Shown: positions 1-12,773 of the stretch, in pieces
Layout: every line of letters begins with the position of its first letter
Numbering within the stretch: position 1 is the first letter of the stretch
Origin: Mytilus californianus
Taxonomy: Eukaryota
Direction: 5' to 3'
Assembly: GCF_021869535.1 (NCBI RefSeq)
Contig: NW_026262668.1
Coordinates: 10,726,001-10,790,000 of the forward strand
DNA length: 64,000 nt
Notes under the pieces: model-generated
The model's database searches: none
What the model was told of the DNA's origin: nothing
The model's input: only the letters and a program-made list of their open reading frames with translations
Position numbers and translations under genes: made by a program

Positions 1-2406
1 GGTATAATATTATTTAAAAAAAAAAATTAAAACACTGTTTATTTGTAATATGTTTTTTCTTATTCAAAGAATTACTTTAAAACAAAGAATAAGTCAGATA
101 AATAGAAATAAGATTAAAAAATCATTGAATTTGTAAACTTAAAAAAATTGTCATCCGAACATATAAATTGATGATAGACTAATATTATAACAAACTTTCC
201 CATCTTACAAGATTTGCATGTACAACAAACGCAAGAAGAACCTACCAGTTTTACCAAAAACTATTGATGAAATCTACATAGATGGTATGTGGGCACGTAC
301 TATGATCGAAGATGTGTGGTTTAATGTCCTAACCGACATAGATCAGATTGATACTAACACCAACTACACGCCCTTTACAGACTATGTAACAACATACTGG
401 GTCGAACAGAATAGTCACCTTTTGGACCATTACACAACATAGGGACCGATGACTACACATCATCTAGAGGGATGGCACAGCAAGCTTAAGAAACATGTCC
501 AGCACCAACATCGAAACATCTTTAAACTCATAAAACTTATGAATCATGAGGAAGCTTTCAACGCCCTGACCATGATCCAGTATGCAGCCGGTGGGAAGAG
601 AGTGGCCCAAAAACGAAAGTATGTCGAAATCAACAACAGATTAAAAGAGCTTAAGGTTAGACTACGCAGCCAGGAAGTCACAACAGTACAGTTTGGTGAT
701 GCAGCCTCCCACCTTCTTCTCGTTGAATAGATTAATAAACTTTAATAGACTTATATACTGTGAATTTCTAATGTGTGTGTAATATGTTTTATTTGTTTTA
801 GTGCTGTTAACTTAAAATGCTTGCTTGAATCTACTGTTGAATTTGTGTTATAAAAGAAATAAAATAATTTACTTATATTTGTTTCCATTTGTTTCATGTC
901 TATTTTAATTAAAAACACAGAATTCATACACATAAAAAAATAACCTATTACCAACCCAAAAAAAAAAACACTTGTCAATTAAAAGTTGAATAAACAATGT
1001 TTATACAGTATAATCCTTTGTTTGCACAAGTTTTCCCCCTATTCCCACATGAAATTTTAACTTTTTTACCAGATTTATAAAAAGTGGGAATAGGAGGAAT
1101 GAACCCGCTAGGCGAAAATAACCTATTACCAACCCAAAAAAAAAACACTTGTCAATTAAAAGTTGAATAAACAATGTTTATACAGTATAATCCTTTGTTT
1201 GCACAAGTTTTCCCCCTATTCCCACATGAAATTTTAACTTTTTTACCAGATTTATAAAAAGTGGGAAAAGGAGGAATGAACCCTATCTGATTGTTCGCCT
1301 AGCGGGTTCATTCCTCCTATTCCCACTTTTTATAAATCTGGTAAAAAAGTTAAAATTTCATGTGGGAATAGGGGGAAAACTTGTGCAAACAAAGGATTAT
1401 ACTGTATAAACATTGTTTATTCAACTTTTAATTGACAAGTGTTTTTTTTGGGTTGGTAATAGGTTATTTTTTTATGTGTATGAATTCTGTGTTTTTAATT
1501 AAAATAGACATGAAACAAATGGAAACAAATATAAGTAAATTATTTTATTTCTTTTATAACACAAATTCAACAGTAGATTCAAGCAAGCATTTTAAGTTAA
1601 CAGCACTAAAACAAATAAAACATATTACACACACATTAGAAATTCACAGTATATAAGTCTATTAAAGTTTATTAATCTATTCAACGAGAAGAAGGTGGGA
1701 GGCTGCATCACCAAACTGTACTGTTGTGACTTCCTGGCTGCGTAGTCTAACCTTAAGCTCTTTTAATCTGTTGTTGATTTCGACATACTTTCGTTTTTGG
1801 GCCACTCTCTTCCCACCGGCTGCATACTGGATCATGGTCAGGGCGTTGAAAGCTTCCTCATGATTCATAAGTTTTATGAGTTTAAAGATGTTTCGATGTT
1901 GGTGCTGGACATGTTTCTTAAGCTTGCTGTGCCATCCCTCTAGATGATGTGTAGTCATCGGTCCCTATGTTGTGTAATGGTCCAAAAGGTGACTATTCTG
2001 TTCGACCCAGTATGTTGTTACATAGTCTGTAAAGGGCGTGTAGTTGGTGTTAGTATCAATCTGATCTATGTCGGTTAGGACATTAAACCACACATCTTCG
2101 ATCATAGTACGTGCCCACATACCATCTATGTAGATTTCATCAATAGTTTTTGGTAAAACTGGTAGGTTCTTCTTGCGTTTGTTGTACATGCAAATCTTGT
2201 AAGATGGGAAAGTTTGTTATAATATTAGTCTATCATCAATTTATATGTTCGGATGACAATTTTTTTAAGTTTACAAATTCAATGATTTTTTAATCTTACT
2301 TCTATTTATCTGACTTATTCTTTGTTTTAAAGTAATTCTTTGAATAAGAAAAAAACATATTACAAATAAACAGTGTTTTAATTTTTTTTTTAAATAATAT
2401 TATACC
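1..2406. repeat. Near-perfect inverted duplication (fold-back): arms 1-1116 and 1294-2406, spacer 1117-1293
   Basis: Start ggtataatattatt is the reverse complement of 2393-2406. ORFs 218-442/449-730 (+) are identical to 2189-1965/1958-1677 (-). The only arm difference I found is an A-run of 11 vs 8. Spacer 1117-1283 is a direct copy of ~938-1106. Confidence 0.95.
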
Positions 2407-2711
2407 TAACAGTGTTAGAACTGTTCGGTGTGAGCCAAGGCTCCGTGTTGAAGACCGTACTGTGACCTATAATGGTTTACTTTTATAAATTTTGACTTGG
2501 ATGGATAGTTGTCTCATTGGCACTCATACCACATCTTCTTATATCTATTAGAAATATGTTTTCTTTTAAAAAATACAGGTAAATCTTAGGTGAATTTTTA
2601 ATTAACCTTGATTGTTATAAAAACAAATTATTTATAAAAACATCTATTATTATTTGCAAGTGGGAATAGAAGGAATAGTGATTTTTAAAAGTGGGAATAG
2701 GAGGAAGACAC
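1305..2711 (-). mobile_element. Internally deleted Mutator-like (MULE) DNA transposon with TIRs and 9-bp TSD
   Basis: Left end GGTTCATTCCTCCTATTCCCACTTTT (1305), right end AAAAGTGGGAATAGGAGGAAGACAC (to 2711). Direct repeat cgcctagcg at 1296-1304 and 2712-2720. Remnant transposase text on the minus strand. Confidence 0.8.
1677..2189 (-). pseudogene. MULE transposase remnant (mirror copy at 218-730 +)
   Basis: MYNKRKKNLPVLPKT...W resembles the segment before the MULE core. YVTTYW...T*GPMTTHHLEGWHSKLKK...HRNIFKLI resembles the C-terminal R-T-N-N-x-x-E-G-W-H motif of animal MULE transposases. The DDE core is missing and there is an in-frame TAG. Confidence 0.75.
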
Positions 2712-3455
2712 CGCCTAGCGGAACATATATAAGTTCTAAATTTCATAAGTGAAATAGAATATACCCCGTCTTTAAAAAAATACATCCCAATTTTTGTACG
2801 TATGGTATTTTTCAGTATAACAAATGTGTATAAATTGTCACTGCCAGTCATATTCTTTTTTGAAGAAAAAAATAGTTTGTTAATTAAAAAGGAAGTGAAA
2901 AATAGCACAAGACTCCCCTTTGTTGACGAATAAACATAGTTATACATGAAAGGGGTTTCAATTGGAAGTCTTGCCAAAAATAACTTGTGTCTTTAGCTAA
3001 TGATAACATAATAATTTATACATTAACTAAAAAAATTTGTTCCTGTAGCACGCGCATATGTTAATTAATTAATTAGTTTTTTTGTTTGTTAAAACTTCCC
3101 CCTAAAAAAACCATGCCACCCAAATGCTCGGTGTGTTCCCTTGAATGTCTACTTTTTCTTCGATAACTTCCAACAAAATGAACGATCCGAGTTATTTTTA
3201 TTTGTTTTGTTGAATTCATGCTCAACTAAATTTAAAACATAATGAAATACCCCCAAAAATTATCAAACGGTTTTTATATAGCTTATATTGGGGGTATTGA
3301 ATAAAGTCTGCTGGATGCATATGAAATAGAATACAATAGATAATCAATATTGACTTCTAAAAATAACATTCTAGATCGTACTAGTATTTACCTTGAACCT
3401 GAATAAGTTATTTACGTTGTTTATATTTAGTAATCGGTTTTTTTTCTTCGTTTAA

Positions 3456-3498
3456 TTTCTACAACTTGCGAGAATCTTGCTTTCACGCTATATAAAAG
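3456..3498 (+). promoter_or_regulatory. Degenerate heat-shock element plus TATA box of sHSP copy 1
   Basis: In-register pentamers tTTCt aCAAc tTGCg aGAAt cTTGc (3456-3480) and TATATAAAAG (3489-3498), ~90 bp before the ATG; conserved in the paralog. Confidence 0.55.
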
Positions 3499-3589
3499 CC
3501 GAAGAGGCAAAATGGTATCAAAAGGAAACGGACACGTCATAGTACATGTATCACCTCTAGACTACTAGCTAAAAGACAATCAGCAAAAC

Positions 3590-5363
3590 ATGTCTTTTAT
3601 CCCAGTGCTTTGGAACCGCTACAATCAAAGGCAGAATGATTCTGATGACTTGTTCCACTTCATGGATGACTGGAACCCCATGCCCGTCAGCTGGGGATAT
3701 GGCCGCCCCATGATGCAGAGAAGACGCAGACCTGAGAATTCACTTGCGGAAAGAAAATGGACATACAGCGTGAAGCTTGGAGACTTCGACGAACAACATG
3801 TCAAAGTGAAAGTAGATGGTGGTAAGTTTTTATTTTTCGTCTGTGATGGGACAATGTCGTCGAGGGCATCGTTATCCATAACACTAGCAGGAAAAATATA
3901 GAAATATATTTTTTTACAGAGACAAGTGACAATGGCCATTCCTATTTTAGTCTGTTTTGATTTTGATTTTTTATCAAGTTCAGGAACTGGTCATTAGTAA
4001 CCTGAAAGGGGGGGGGGGGTCTTGAAAATTTTGGGAATGGAGAGGGGAGGTGTTGAATTTTTCAAAACTTCAGATTGGGCAGCATCAAAAATTTACAAGA
4101 TTTTGGCAAATGTGTATTTTAAACATGCAAAATTTATAGCTGATTTGATGAATACTCTAAATCAAAACAGAAGTGTCTAAGGGAGCTACCATTTGATTTT
4201 TATGGGGGGGGGGGGGGGGTAATATTGATAGTAACTGTTGTTTCCTTACATGATTAATCGCAAAACTAATGATTGAGCATATATTTCAATGGTTCAAGAT
4301 GATATTAAGGAGTCAAGTGTGGCATTTTTAATATTTCTTTACGTGAATAATTTCCTTTTATGACCTGGAGCCATGGAGTAATATAAGGCGACCCACACCC
4401 AACGCTTCCCATTACAATAAAGTAAAGAAAATATAAATTTTCGGCATTAAAGACATAATTTTTTCCGCCTCGATCCGCTCGACTCATTTCTTTAGAAAAA
4501 AATCCTCAGTTTCATCATATATTCTTCCTGGAAAGTATTTGTTATCGGAATTTAATTTTTGTACTTCTTTACAGTAATAAAGGCTAGAAACAGTTTTAAT
4601 GAAGGTGTGGTAAATGTCACTGAGATCATAACAGGCATATCTAGATAAAGTTCCCTGTAATCACAAACAACTTCCCCACTTGAAGATTTATTTTCAATAC
4701 GACCGCTTGATTTTTTAGGGGGAGGGGGATTGTGGACGGAATATTAATATAATTTCACTTGTGCACAATTTTATCCTAGATTATTAAAGAATTGACAGAG
4801 TTGAAAATTTAAAAATTGTTCGTGAGCGCTAAAATTGTTATGCACGTTTCAGAGTATTTTTCTATGTTTCAGGGAAAGTAATTATTCGTGCTAAGTACAC
4901 AGATGGTAATGATGAATGGGGAGATACTGTCGAGCGAACAAGGACAGTCCAGATACCAGAGAATGTTGATGCTGAAAAAATTCACAGCTTCATGAAATCG
5001 GATGGAACTATGATGTTAGAAGCCCCGTATCGTCTTTCAGAGGAGAAGCAACTCCAAGTTGTACCACAAGAAGGTCGTTCCTTGGTAGCCAGTGACAGCC
5101 ACAGTAATTTGATGAAATTTAATGTCGAAAATTTCCGCCCAGAGGAGGTAAAAGTATCTTGCAAAGATGGAATGTTGACAGCACACGGTGAACGAAAGAG
5201 GTCTGAAGATGGTCATGAAGTTCGTGAGTCGTTCTGGCGTCAGATGACAGTTCCACGGTCTGTGGATGGGAAAAACATCGAATGCTTCAGAGATGAGGAA
5301 GGGAATCTTACAATCCGTGCACCAACGGTTGAAGATGTTGAAATGGAACAAGCAAAAAAGTAG
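3590..5363 (+). CDS. Small heat-shock protein (HSP20 family) with two alpha-crystallin domains, copy 1, 240 aa
   Basis: Exons 3590-3821 (g|gtaagt) and 4873-5363 (tttcag|gg) total 723 nt. ACD1 KWTYSVKLGDFDEQHVKVKVDGGKVIIRAK...SDGTMMLEAP; ACD2 KFNVENFRPEEVKVSCKDGMLTAHGE...EEGNLTIRAP. Confidence 0.92.
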
Positions 5364-6584
5364 ATCCAGGATGACTTTTAATTTCAATTTTATTTGTCAT
5401 CTTCATAATTGTATTTCATAGACTTTAGACATTTGAACTCATCACTATGTTCATTGTAAATGTTTTTGAATGACGAAAACGCGTAATTCTTGTTTAGATA
5501 ATTGTGTTGATTTTCCAATGATTGAATGCTGCATACTTTCAGTTCTATCAAAAGAAAAATAAGACATGATGTTTGCAAATTCAGATATTTTTGTTATTTA
5601 GAACAACATTTTAAGAAATTCTTGTTTGACAATCATGTGTATTCTGCAAGGGAACAATCGTTGACTTTTTCATAATGTTAGAGAACATATATGTTATTTT
5701 ATTTACTTTGTTGTTGTCAGAGATAGACATTAAATATCATGTGTACAATGATTTTATCACTTATTTATCAAAGTTCAAGGAAATTTTGATAATTTCAAAG
5801 TTGTTGTACTTTAGAATGATTTTTATTAGACTACGCGTTTACTTGATTGATTTCAAAAATTTTGTATAAATGTTTAACATTTGAATTTGATAAAAAAAAA
5901 CTTGCTTCTAAATTAGTCAAATTTGAAACTGTTTACTGTGAATATAGAAATCCTGCATCGTGCTCAGTTTAAAAGTTATTGCTTGTTTATACATCTGGCT
6001 GTTTATATGAAAATCAAAGAACTGTAAATGAAATTGGTGTGGCCTGACATGGAAAATCAGCATATCAGCATTAAAACTATTAGATTGTTAGCTGACTTGG
6101 CCTATAAGGCCATGCTCGATTTTGCCATCACTCGGTATCCGTCGTCGCAAACTTTAAAAAAAAAAACATCCTCTGAAACAACTGAACCAATTGTAACCAA
6201 ACTGTACCTGGATGTTCCTTATTGAATCTAGTTTTTAAAATGTATCCAGGGATCTGATCTGTGATCAAACAAGGCCGCTGTCCTTTAAATAGAACGCATT
6301 GGTAAAATTAAAACAGAACTAAAGGGTAAAAATGTTCTATCTTCTATCTGATTTTAAGAAAAACAGTACGATTTATTTTGGAGTTATTGCCCGTGAAATG
6401 TCAATATTTTGCAAATTCCGAAGTTTTGATTATTATATTGAAAACTATTATATAGAGAGAATTTCAAAACAGTAAAATTGACAGAACAATAACATCAACA
6501 GATAAGTCACATGGACGAAATCATCAATTGACCCCTTACACGGGTTATCGCCATCAAAAGACGATGGTTACTCTATGCTTTGCA

Positions 6585-6790
6585 TTTTTAGCTCACCTGG
6601 TTCAAATGCCAGTATGAGCTTTTTCTATCACTCGGCGTCTGTCGTCGTTGTCCGTCGTCCGTTAACTTTAACAAAAATCTCATCTAAAACTAATTGGTCA
6701 ATTGGAACCAAACTTGGCCACGTTCATTATTTTGTGTATCTGGTTTAAAAATGTGTCCGATGATGACCAACATGGCTGACATGGCTGCTA
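6585..6790 (+). mobile_element. Non-autonomous Helentron/HINE-like repeat fragment (pearl/CvA-type)
   Basis: ttttagctcacctgg...gagcttttctatcactcggcgtctgtcgtcgttgtccgtcgtccgttaac: end hairpin plus (GTC)n microsatellite typical of bivalve HINE-like elements; recognised from memory. Confidence 0.5.
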
Positions 6791-7034
6791 ACTTTTACGT
6801 CATGTGGCTTCTGGCGGACAGTTGTCTTATTGACAATCATATCACATCGCATGAGTTCTGATAGAATGCTGTTAGTTCGATACATTTTGATTTAATGGAA
6901 AAGGAATGTATAGGAAAATACGTCTGTTTTGTCGTCATATCATTAGAAATTCTTACATCAAGGTATCAAAAAACCTACGACATATAACGTTAAAATTAAC
7001 TTGGTAAGAGCGAGCGACCGGTAATATTCAACAG

Positions 7035-7260
7035 TAAAATAACAAAAATACCAAACTCCAAGAAAAATTCAGAAAGGAAAGTCCTTCAACAAATGGCAAA
7101 ATCAAAAGTTAAAACACATCTAACGATGGGAAAACAACTGTCATATTCATGACTTGGTACATGCATCTTCTTATGTAGAAAATGGTGGATTAAACCTAGT
7201 TTTATAGATAGCTAAACCTCACACTTGTATGACAGTCGCATAAAATTCCATTATATTTCA
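7035..7260 (+). repeat. Copy of an abundant dispersed repeat (core aactgtcatattcctgacttggtacaggcattt...aaatggtggattaaacct)
   Basis: The same core recurs at ~17530-17900(+), 23500-23825(-), 24340-24500(-), 28350-28700(+), 48560-48760(-), 49900-50090(-), 50930-51070(-), 56900-57200(+), 58440-58790(+). Confidence 0.8.
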
Positions 7261-9219
7261 TTACTGTTAACGTCACAGTTCAATTTGGGGTCGTCATCGT
7301 GGTCCGCGTTTAAGTAATGTTGATAACATTAAAAACAAATCCATCGGTTGGGAAGAAAAAAAAACAACTACACGTTTAACTGCAGGATAAAAAAAATATT
7401 CTTACATTGTAGGAAAATATATAATTTATCTGTACTCGCTACGAAACAAGAGAAAAGCTCGATTTGCCTCGCTGTTCTCTCTGTTTCTAAAGCTCGTACA
7501 AAATAAATTCTAAATTTTCCTAAAATGTACAAATATTGTCTATATATGTATAAATGTACTTTAACTGAGGTTGCAACTTTTTCAGGCAAAGGTGATTGAG
7601 TACAGATTTTGATGTTTTTCTTTGCAGTTTTTGTTTTAGAGGTTTTTGGCTTCCAAAGTTTTGGTCATGTCAAGAGTGCCTGATAAAAATTATTCCAGAT
7701 GTGAGAGTTTTAATCAATGATATATATTATATATATTTATTTCATATCCTCTGAAATTACATGGCAGTTGTGAATTAAATGTTGCAGGAATAATGTTTGA
7801 AAGATCTTTTTATAAAATCCCCATTAATTCTGAGAAGCTCCAATTATGACAAGCAAAGCTATTCTTCCTTCTGGTATGTTAATTTTTATTATTTCTCCAC
7901 TGAAATTACAAGGCCAAATGTTTTCAAATTTTATAAAATTGTTGTGGGAATACCATGTTGTTCTGGATGACAAAGCTATCAACAGTGTTGTTGTTCTGGA
8001 TGACAAAGCTACCATCAGTGTTGTCATTGGTTAACTTACGAACCATACTGAGATAGTTAAAAACCAAGTAATCAAATTCTGGTACGTTCATACCAACTAC
8101 AACTGAAGATAAGATTGTATAGATGAACATGTAACATTAAATGAGCTGGACAACCTCGACTGAAAACCACAAAATTACCACTAGGTAAAATAAGGAAACT
8201 TGTAAAGTCTGATAAATACTTAAAGGTTCTTGGAAAGTACTGGAAAAGCAATGTTCGGTTAAATGTGTATTTCCCTCGGCTGACAGTTTTGATTTTTATA
8301 CTTTGTATTCTACTCTACCATATACTATTAATAATATTATAGACAGATAAGTTTCCTATATCTAATGGAATGGTATTCAATGATCTTCAACTGCTACTTT
8401 ATTTGGCCTTTATAACTTCAAGCGTCACTGTTGAGTCTTTTGTAGACTAAAGCGTCTGGCGTACACATTTTTATCCTGGTATCTATGATGAGTTCATTCT
8501 AATAAATCTTGATTATCAAATCTTTTTGTGCCGTCAGAGTTTCTTTTGTAGTAGTAAAACTCACCAAAATACACATATGGGACATACAAAAATAGATCAA
8601 TAGCCTAAACTTCTTTTTTTTTGTATAGGGATGGGGGTGGGGTGGGGCTGGGTGGTGAGGCAGTAGCTCATATATTACTATTTATGAAAGGTATTGAATA
8701 ACGGGTCTTTAAATGAATGAAGTTTCAAATATTTGAGGACAAAAACTAAAAAATGCAAAAACTGATATATCTGATTATCCGTGATGGCTCTGACGTCATA
8801 TGGTATTTTTTGAGGGCTTGCTGGAGCCTCCTAACGTCAGAGAAATGTTTGTTTTAGAGACTTCTTGTGTACATTTGAAGGATTATTTTTGGTCGATTTA
8901 AACAATTCATTACTTTTTTCGAATTCAAGTGCCAAAATAAACTCTTCTTCCTTATCCACCTCAGTTCTCACAACAGAAGCTGGATACCAGGAGACTATAA
9001 ACATATACTATACGTTTATCGCTTCATATCGTCTACCACCTGTATTTGATCGTTAAAGCGCGTCATACAAAATGTGCTTCGGTCAAGGCTTTTGATCCCA
9101 ATAAAATTACAAAAAGTAGCATTCAATTCTTAAATAAAATTTTGGCAATAACATTCAAAAATTTACAGTCAAATGTTTCCTTTTAAACATGCAGATAACA
9201 AAGCACTGTATAATCAATA

Positions 9220-10025
9220 CATCTGTCAGTCCCATCAACCTTTGCACATCTGTCAGTCCTTCCAACCTTTACACATCTGTCAGTCCCATCAACCTTTGCA
9301 CATCTGTCAGTCCTATCAATCTTTACACATCTGTCAGTCCTATCAACCTTTGCACATCTGTCAGTCCTATCAACCTTTGCACATCTGTCAGTACTATCAA
9401 CCTTTGCAAATTTGTCAGTCCTATCAACCTTTACACATCTGCCAGTCCCATCAACCTTTGCACATCTGTCAGTCCCATCAACATTTGCACATCTGTCAGT
9501 CCCATCAACCTTTGCACATCTGTCAGTCCTATCAACCTTTGCACATCTGTCAGTCCCATCAACCTTTGCAAATCTGTCAGTCCCATCAACCTTTGTACAT
9601 CTGTCAGTCCCATCAACCTTTGCACATCTGTCAGGCCCATCAACCTTTGCACATCTGTCAGTCCTATCATCATTTGCACATTTGTCAATCCTGTCAAGCT
9701 TTGTACATCTGTCAGTCCTGTCAATCTCTGCACATCTGTCAGTCTTGTCAAGCTTTGCACATCTGTCAGTCCTGTCAATCTTTGCACATCTGTCAGTCTT
9801 GTCAAGCTTTGCACATCTGTCAGTCCTGTCAATCTTTGCATATCTGCCAGTCCTGTCAAGCTTTGCACATCTGTCATTCCAATCAATCTTTGCACATCTG
9901 TCAGTCCAATCAACATTTGCACATCTGTCAGTCCAATCAATCTTTGCACATCTGTCAATCCAATTAATCTTTGCACATTTGTCAGTCCAATCAACCATTA
10001 CGATTCGTCAGTCCTCTCAACCTTT
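9220..10025. repeat. 27-bp minisatellite array 1 (unit catctgtcagtcctatcaacctttgca), ~29 copies
   Basis: 9-aa periodicity in all overlapping ORFs (HICQSHQPL / CTSVSPINL / STFAHLSVP; DRTDRCAKV / GLTDVQRLM). Confidence 0.95.
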
Positions 10026-10707
10026 ATATGTATACACAAGCTTTTTTTAGACTCGGTATAGTTACACAAACTATACTCATCATAAGCTCTATAGAGCTTT
10101 CAACCGAATACATACGAAGATGTACAATAATGTAAAAAGCATAATCATGCAAGCAACCTAAAAATAGAGAAGCATACATAAAAGTAAGCACAACACAGTC
10201 ATGGCAAAGCAAATTATTCATTTATTTCAAAAGCCTTCAAAATGTCCATTTAAACAGCAGCACTATACAGGTTTTTATCAAGAGAAGAACGTCAATCTTC
10301 AAGCTGTCTTAGTATAATGGTCCATGCCACGACGGAAAGCACAGAGATTTGGATTAAATCCAAATCAAGTAATCACTAAGCCGGTTGTAGCTGAAAAACT
10401 TTTTCAAAACTTTTGGATAAAATAGGCAGGACACTGACTGGTCTGTAATTTGATTAGTCTAGTTGACTGTTTTTCTTGTGTAGTGGTGTAGCTAACTTGA
10501 GCATCTTTCAATGGTTTCTATCTTTTTTGTATTGAATGTATTGAGAATTTTCTCTACTCTGTCTGGTGTTATTTTCTGAAAATTAAAGTGGATGCTCTCA
10601 CCACTATGATTATTTTATTTCCACAATGCTAGGGTGATAAGAATATATCACATCATTCCCGACTTTATTACCAACAGTAGAGAAAAAAAATAAAATGTTC
10701 TGCTACC

Positions 10708-11230
10708 TTTACACCTCTACCAGTCTAATCAACACTTGAACATCTGTCAGTCCCATCAACCTTTGCACATCTACCAGTCTAATCAACATTTGAACATCTG
10801 TCAGTCCCATCAACCTTTGCACATCTACCAGTCTAATCAACATTTGAACATCTGTCAGTCCCATCAACCTTTGCACATCTACCAGTCTTATCAACATTTG
10901 AACATCTGTCAGTCCCATCAACCTTTGCACATCTACCAGTCTTATCAACATTTGAACATCTGTCAGTCCCATCAACCTTTGCACATCTACCAGTCTTATC
11001 AACATTTGAACATCTGTCAGTCCCATCAACCTTTGCACATTTGTCAGTCCTATCATTATTTGCACATTTGTCAGTCCTACCAACCGTTGCACATCTACCA
11101 GTCTTATCAACCTTTGCATATCTGTCAGTCTTATCAGCCTTTGCACATCTGCCAGTCATATCAACATTTGCACATCATTCAGCCCTAGTCCCTTTACACA
11201 TCTGCAAGTCCTATTAACCTTTGCACATAT
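10708..11230. repeat. 27-bp minisatellite array 2 with 54-bp dimeric higher-order unit
   Basis: Alternating units give the 18-aa period HQPLHIYQSNQHLNICQS. Confidence 0.92.
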
Positions 11231-12644
11231 GCATTTAAACAGGTACGAGTAATATTGCAAATAATTGACACATTGTGCATCTTTCTTATGTTTTTTTTAT
11301 TCCAGTCACGTGCATACTGTAGAAGATCGTATGACCTCTAGATGTCATTGGATTTTTCAGTGTCTTCGGTTGTTTTTCTCATTGACGCCTACCCTCTTCT
11401 CCTTTTATTCATATTCAGTATCCTTTCAAGTCAAACTTCGTATAAATATATATTAGTTATGTGTTAAATTCAGGATGATGATGTTGGAGTGGTGTATAAC
11501 GTCCAGTGACAAATATTACATGCATATTAGGACGGGATAATGTGATATGCATATGAACACTGCTTTTTACTAGACTGACACCCTGAGTCGGAATTTTAAC
11601 GTGCTAGTTCAGATGATTACAGTCCGCAGGAAGAAATGTCACTCAACCCGGACACATTATTCAATATATATATATAGATTGAGCCTATACTTAAACTAAT
11701 TTGTTTAATAAAGTACGTTTGCGTCGATCCGAAATGAAAAATGACCATTATGCTAGAACATTATATGCTTAAATGTATAAAAACCCCAAGGGAAATGCAG
11801 ACAAACAGCTTCATCTAAAAAAACGTTTAGAATATTATAATAACATTTTTCTATGCCAATTTTTAGTTTTGGGTACCTATCTGAATGTGTAAATGGTCGC
11901 CCTCATGGAACATTTAAATTCAGTACCCCAAGAAAAGGGAAATAGAATATAAATCGATTTAAAAATACATCCCAATTTTGATGGTATTTTTTAAAAGTAT
12001 AATGTGTATAAATTGTCCGATCCTTTTGAAAAATATTGAAACCCCCTGTGTTGGCGAATTTAAATAGTCATAAATGAAGGTTGAAGTCTTGTCAAAATAA
12101 CTTGTGTCTTTTGAAAACTAGGAAAATGATAACAACATTAATTGAAAAAAATCTTGCCGGTTCCCGTAGCCCATATGTTATTAATTCGTTATTTTTTTTT
12201 TTGGTAAAAAGAAAAAAAAAAAGACCTTTCCCGAAACGAACCCATGCCTACCGAAAAGTTGAATGATCGGTGTCGTGACAATGAAGGGTTTCCATGAATA
12301 TCCAATTTCTTTTCCATAACTTCCCACCAAGTGAACAAATTATTCAAACATTTTATATTTATTTATTGCATTCATATATCAACATAATTCAAAACATAAC
12401 GAAATACTCCAAAACATAAGACATATACGCTCAAACGGTTTGTATATTATATAATAGCTTATTTTGGGTGTCTAAACTAAAGTCTGTTTAATGCATGAAA
12501 TCGAATGTAATAGAATACAATAGAAAAGATAATCAATATTGACTTCTAAAAATAACATTCTAGATCATACTAATATTTAACCTTGAACCTGAATAAGTTA
12601 TTTACGTTGTTTATATTTAGCAACCGGTATTTTCCGTCTTTCAA

Positions 12645-12687
12645 TTTCTACAACTTGCGAGAATCCAGCTTTCAACCTATATAAAAG
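12645..12687 (+). promoter_or_regulatory. Degenerate heat-shock element plus TATA box of sHSP copy 2
   Basis: tTTCt aCAAc tTGCg aGAAt (from 12645) and TATATAAAAG (12678-12687), same spacing as copy 1. Confidence 0.55.
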
Positions 12688-12773
12688 CCGAAGAGACAAT
12701 ATGGTATCAAAAGGAAACGGACACGTCATAGTATCAGCTCTAGACTTCCAGCTACAAGATAAAAATCAAAAAC

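Noticed and set aside
751-978. ORF MTSVFFFGLVIG... (and mirror 1432-1656) as a membrane peptide
   Set aside because: Non-ATG start, lies in the AT-rich MULE subterminal region; duplicated only through the fold-back.
7955-8025. 33-bp tandem duplication giving three small ORFs
   Set aside because: Two copies only; the ORFs are non-specific.
9173-11188. Long repeat ORFs as real genes
   Set aside because: Explained by a stop-poor 27-bp unit; five overlapping frames and frame-breaking indels in the homologous array 3.
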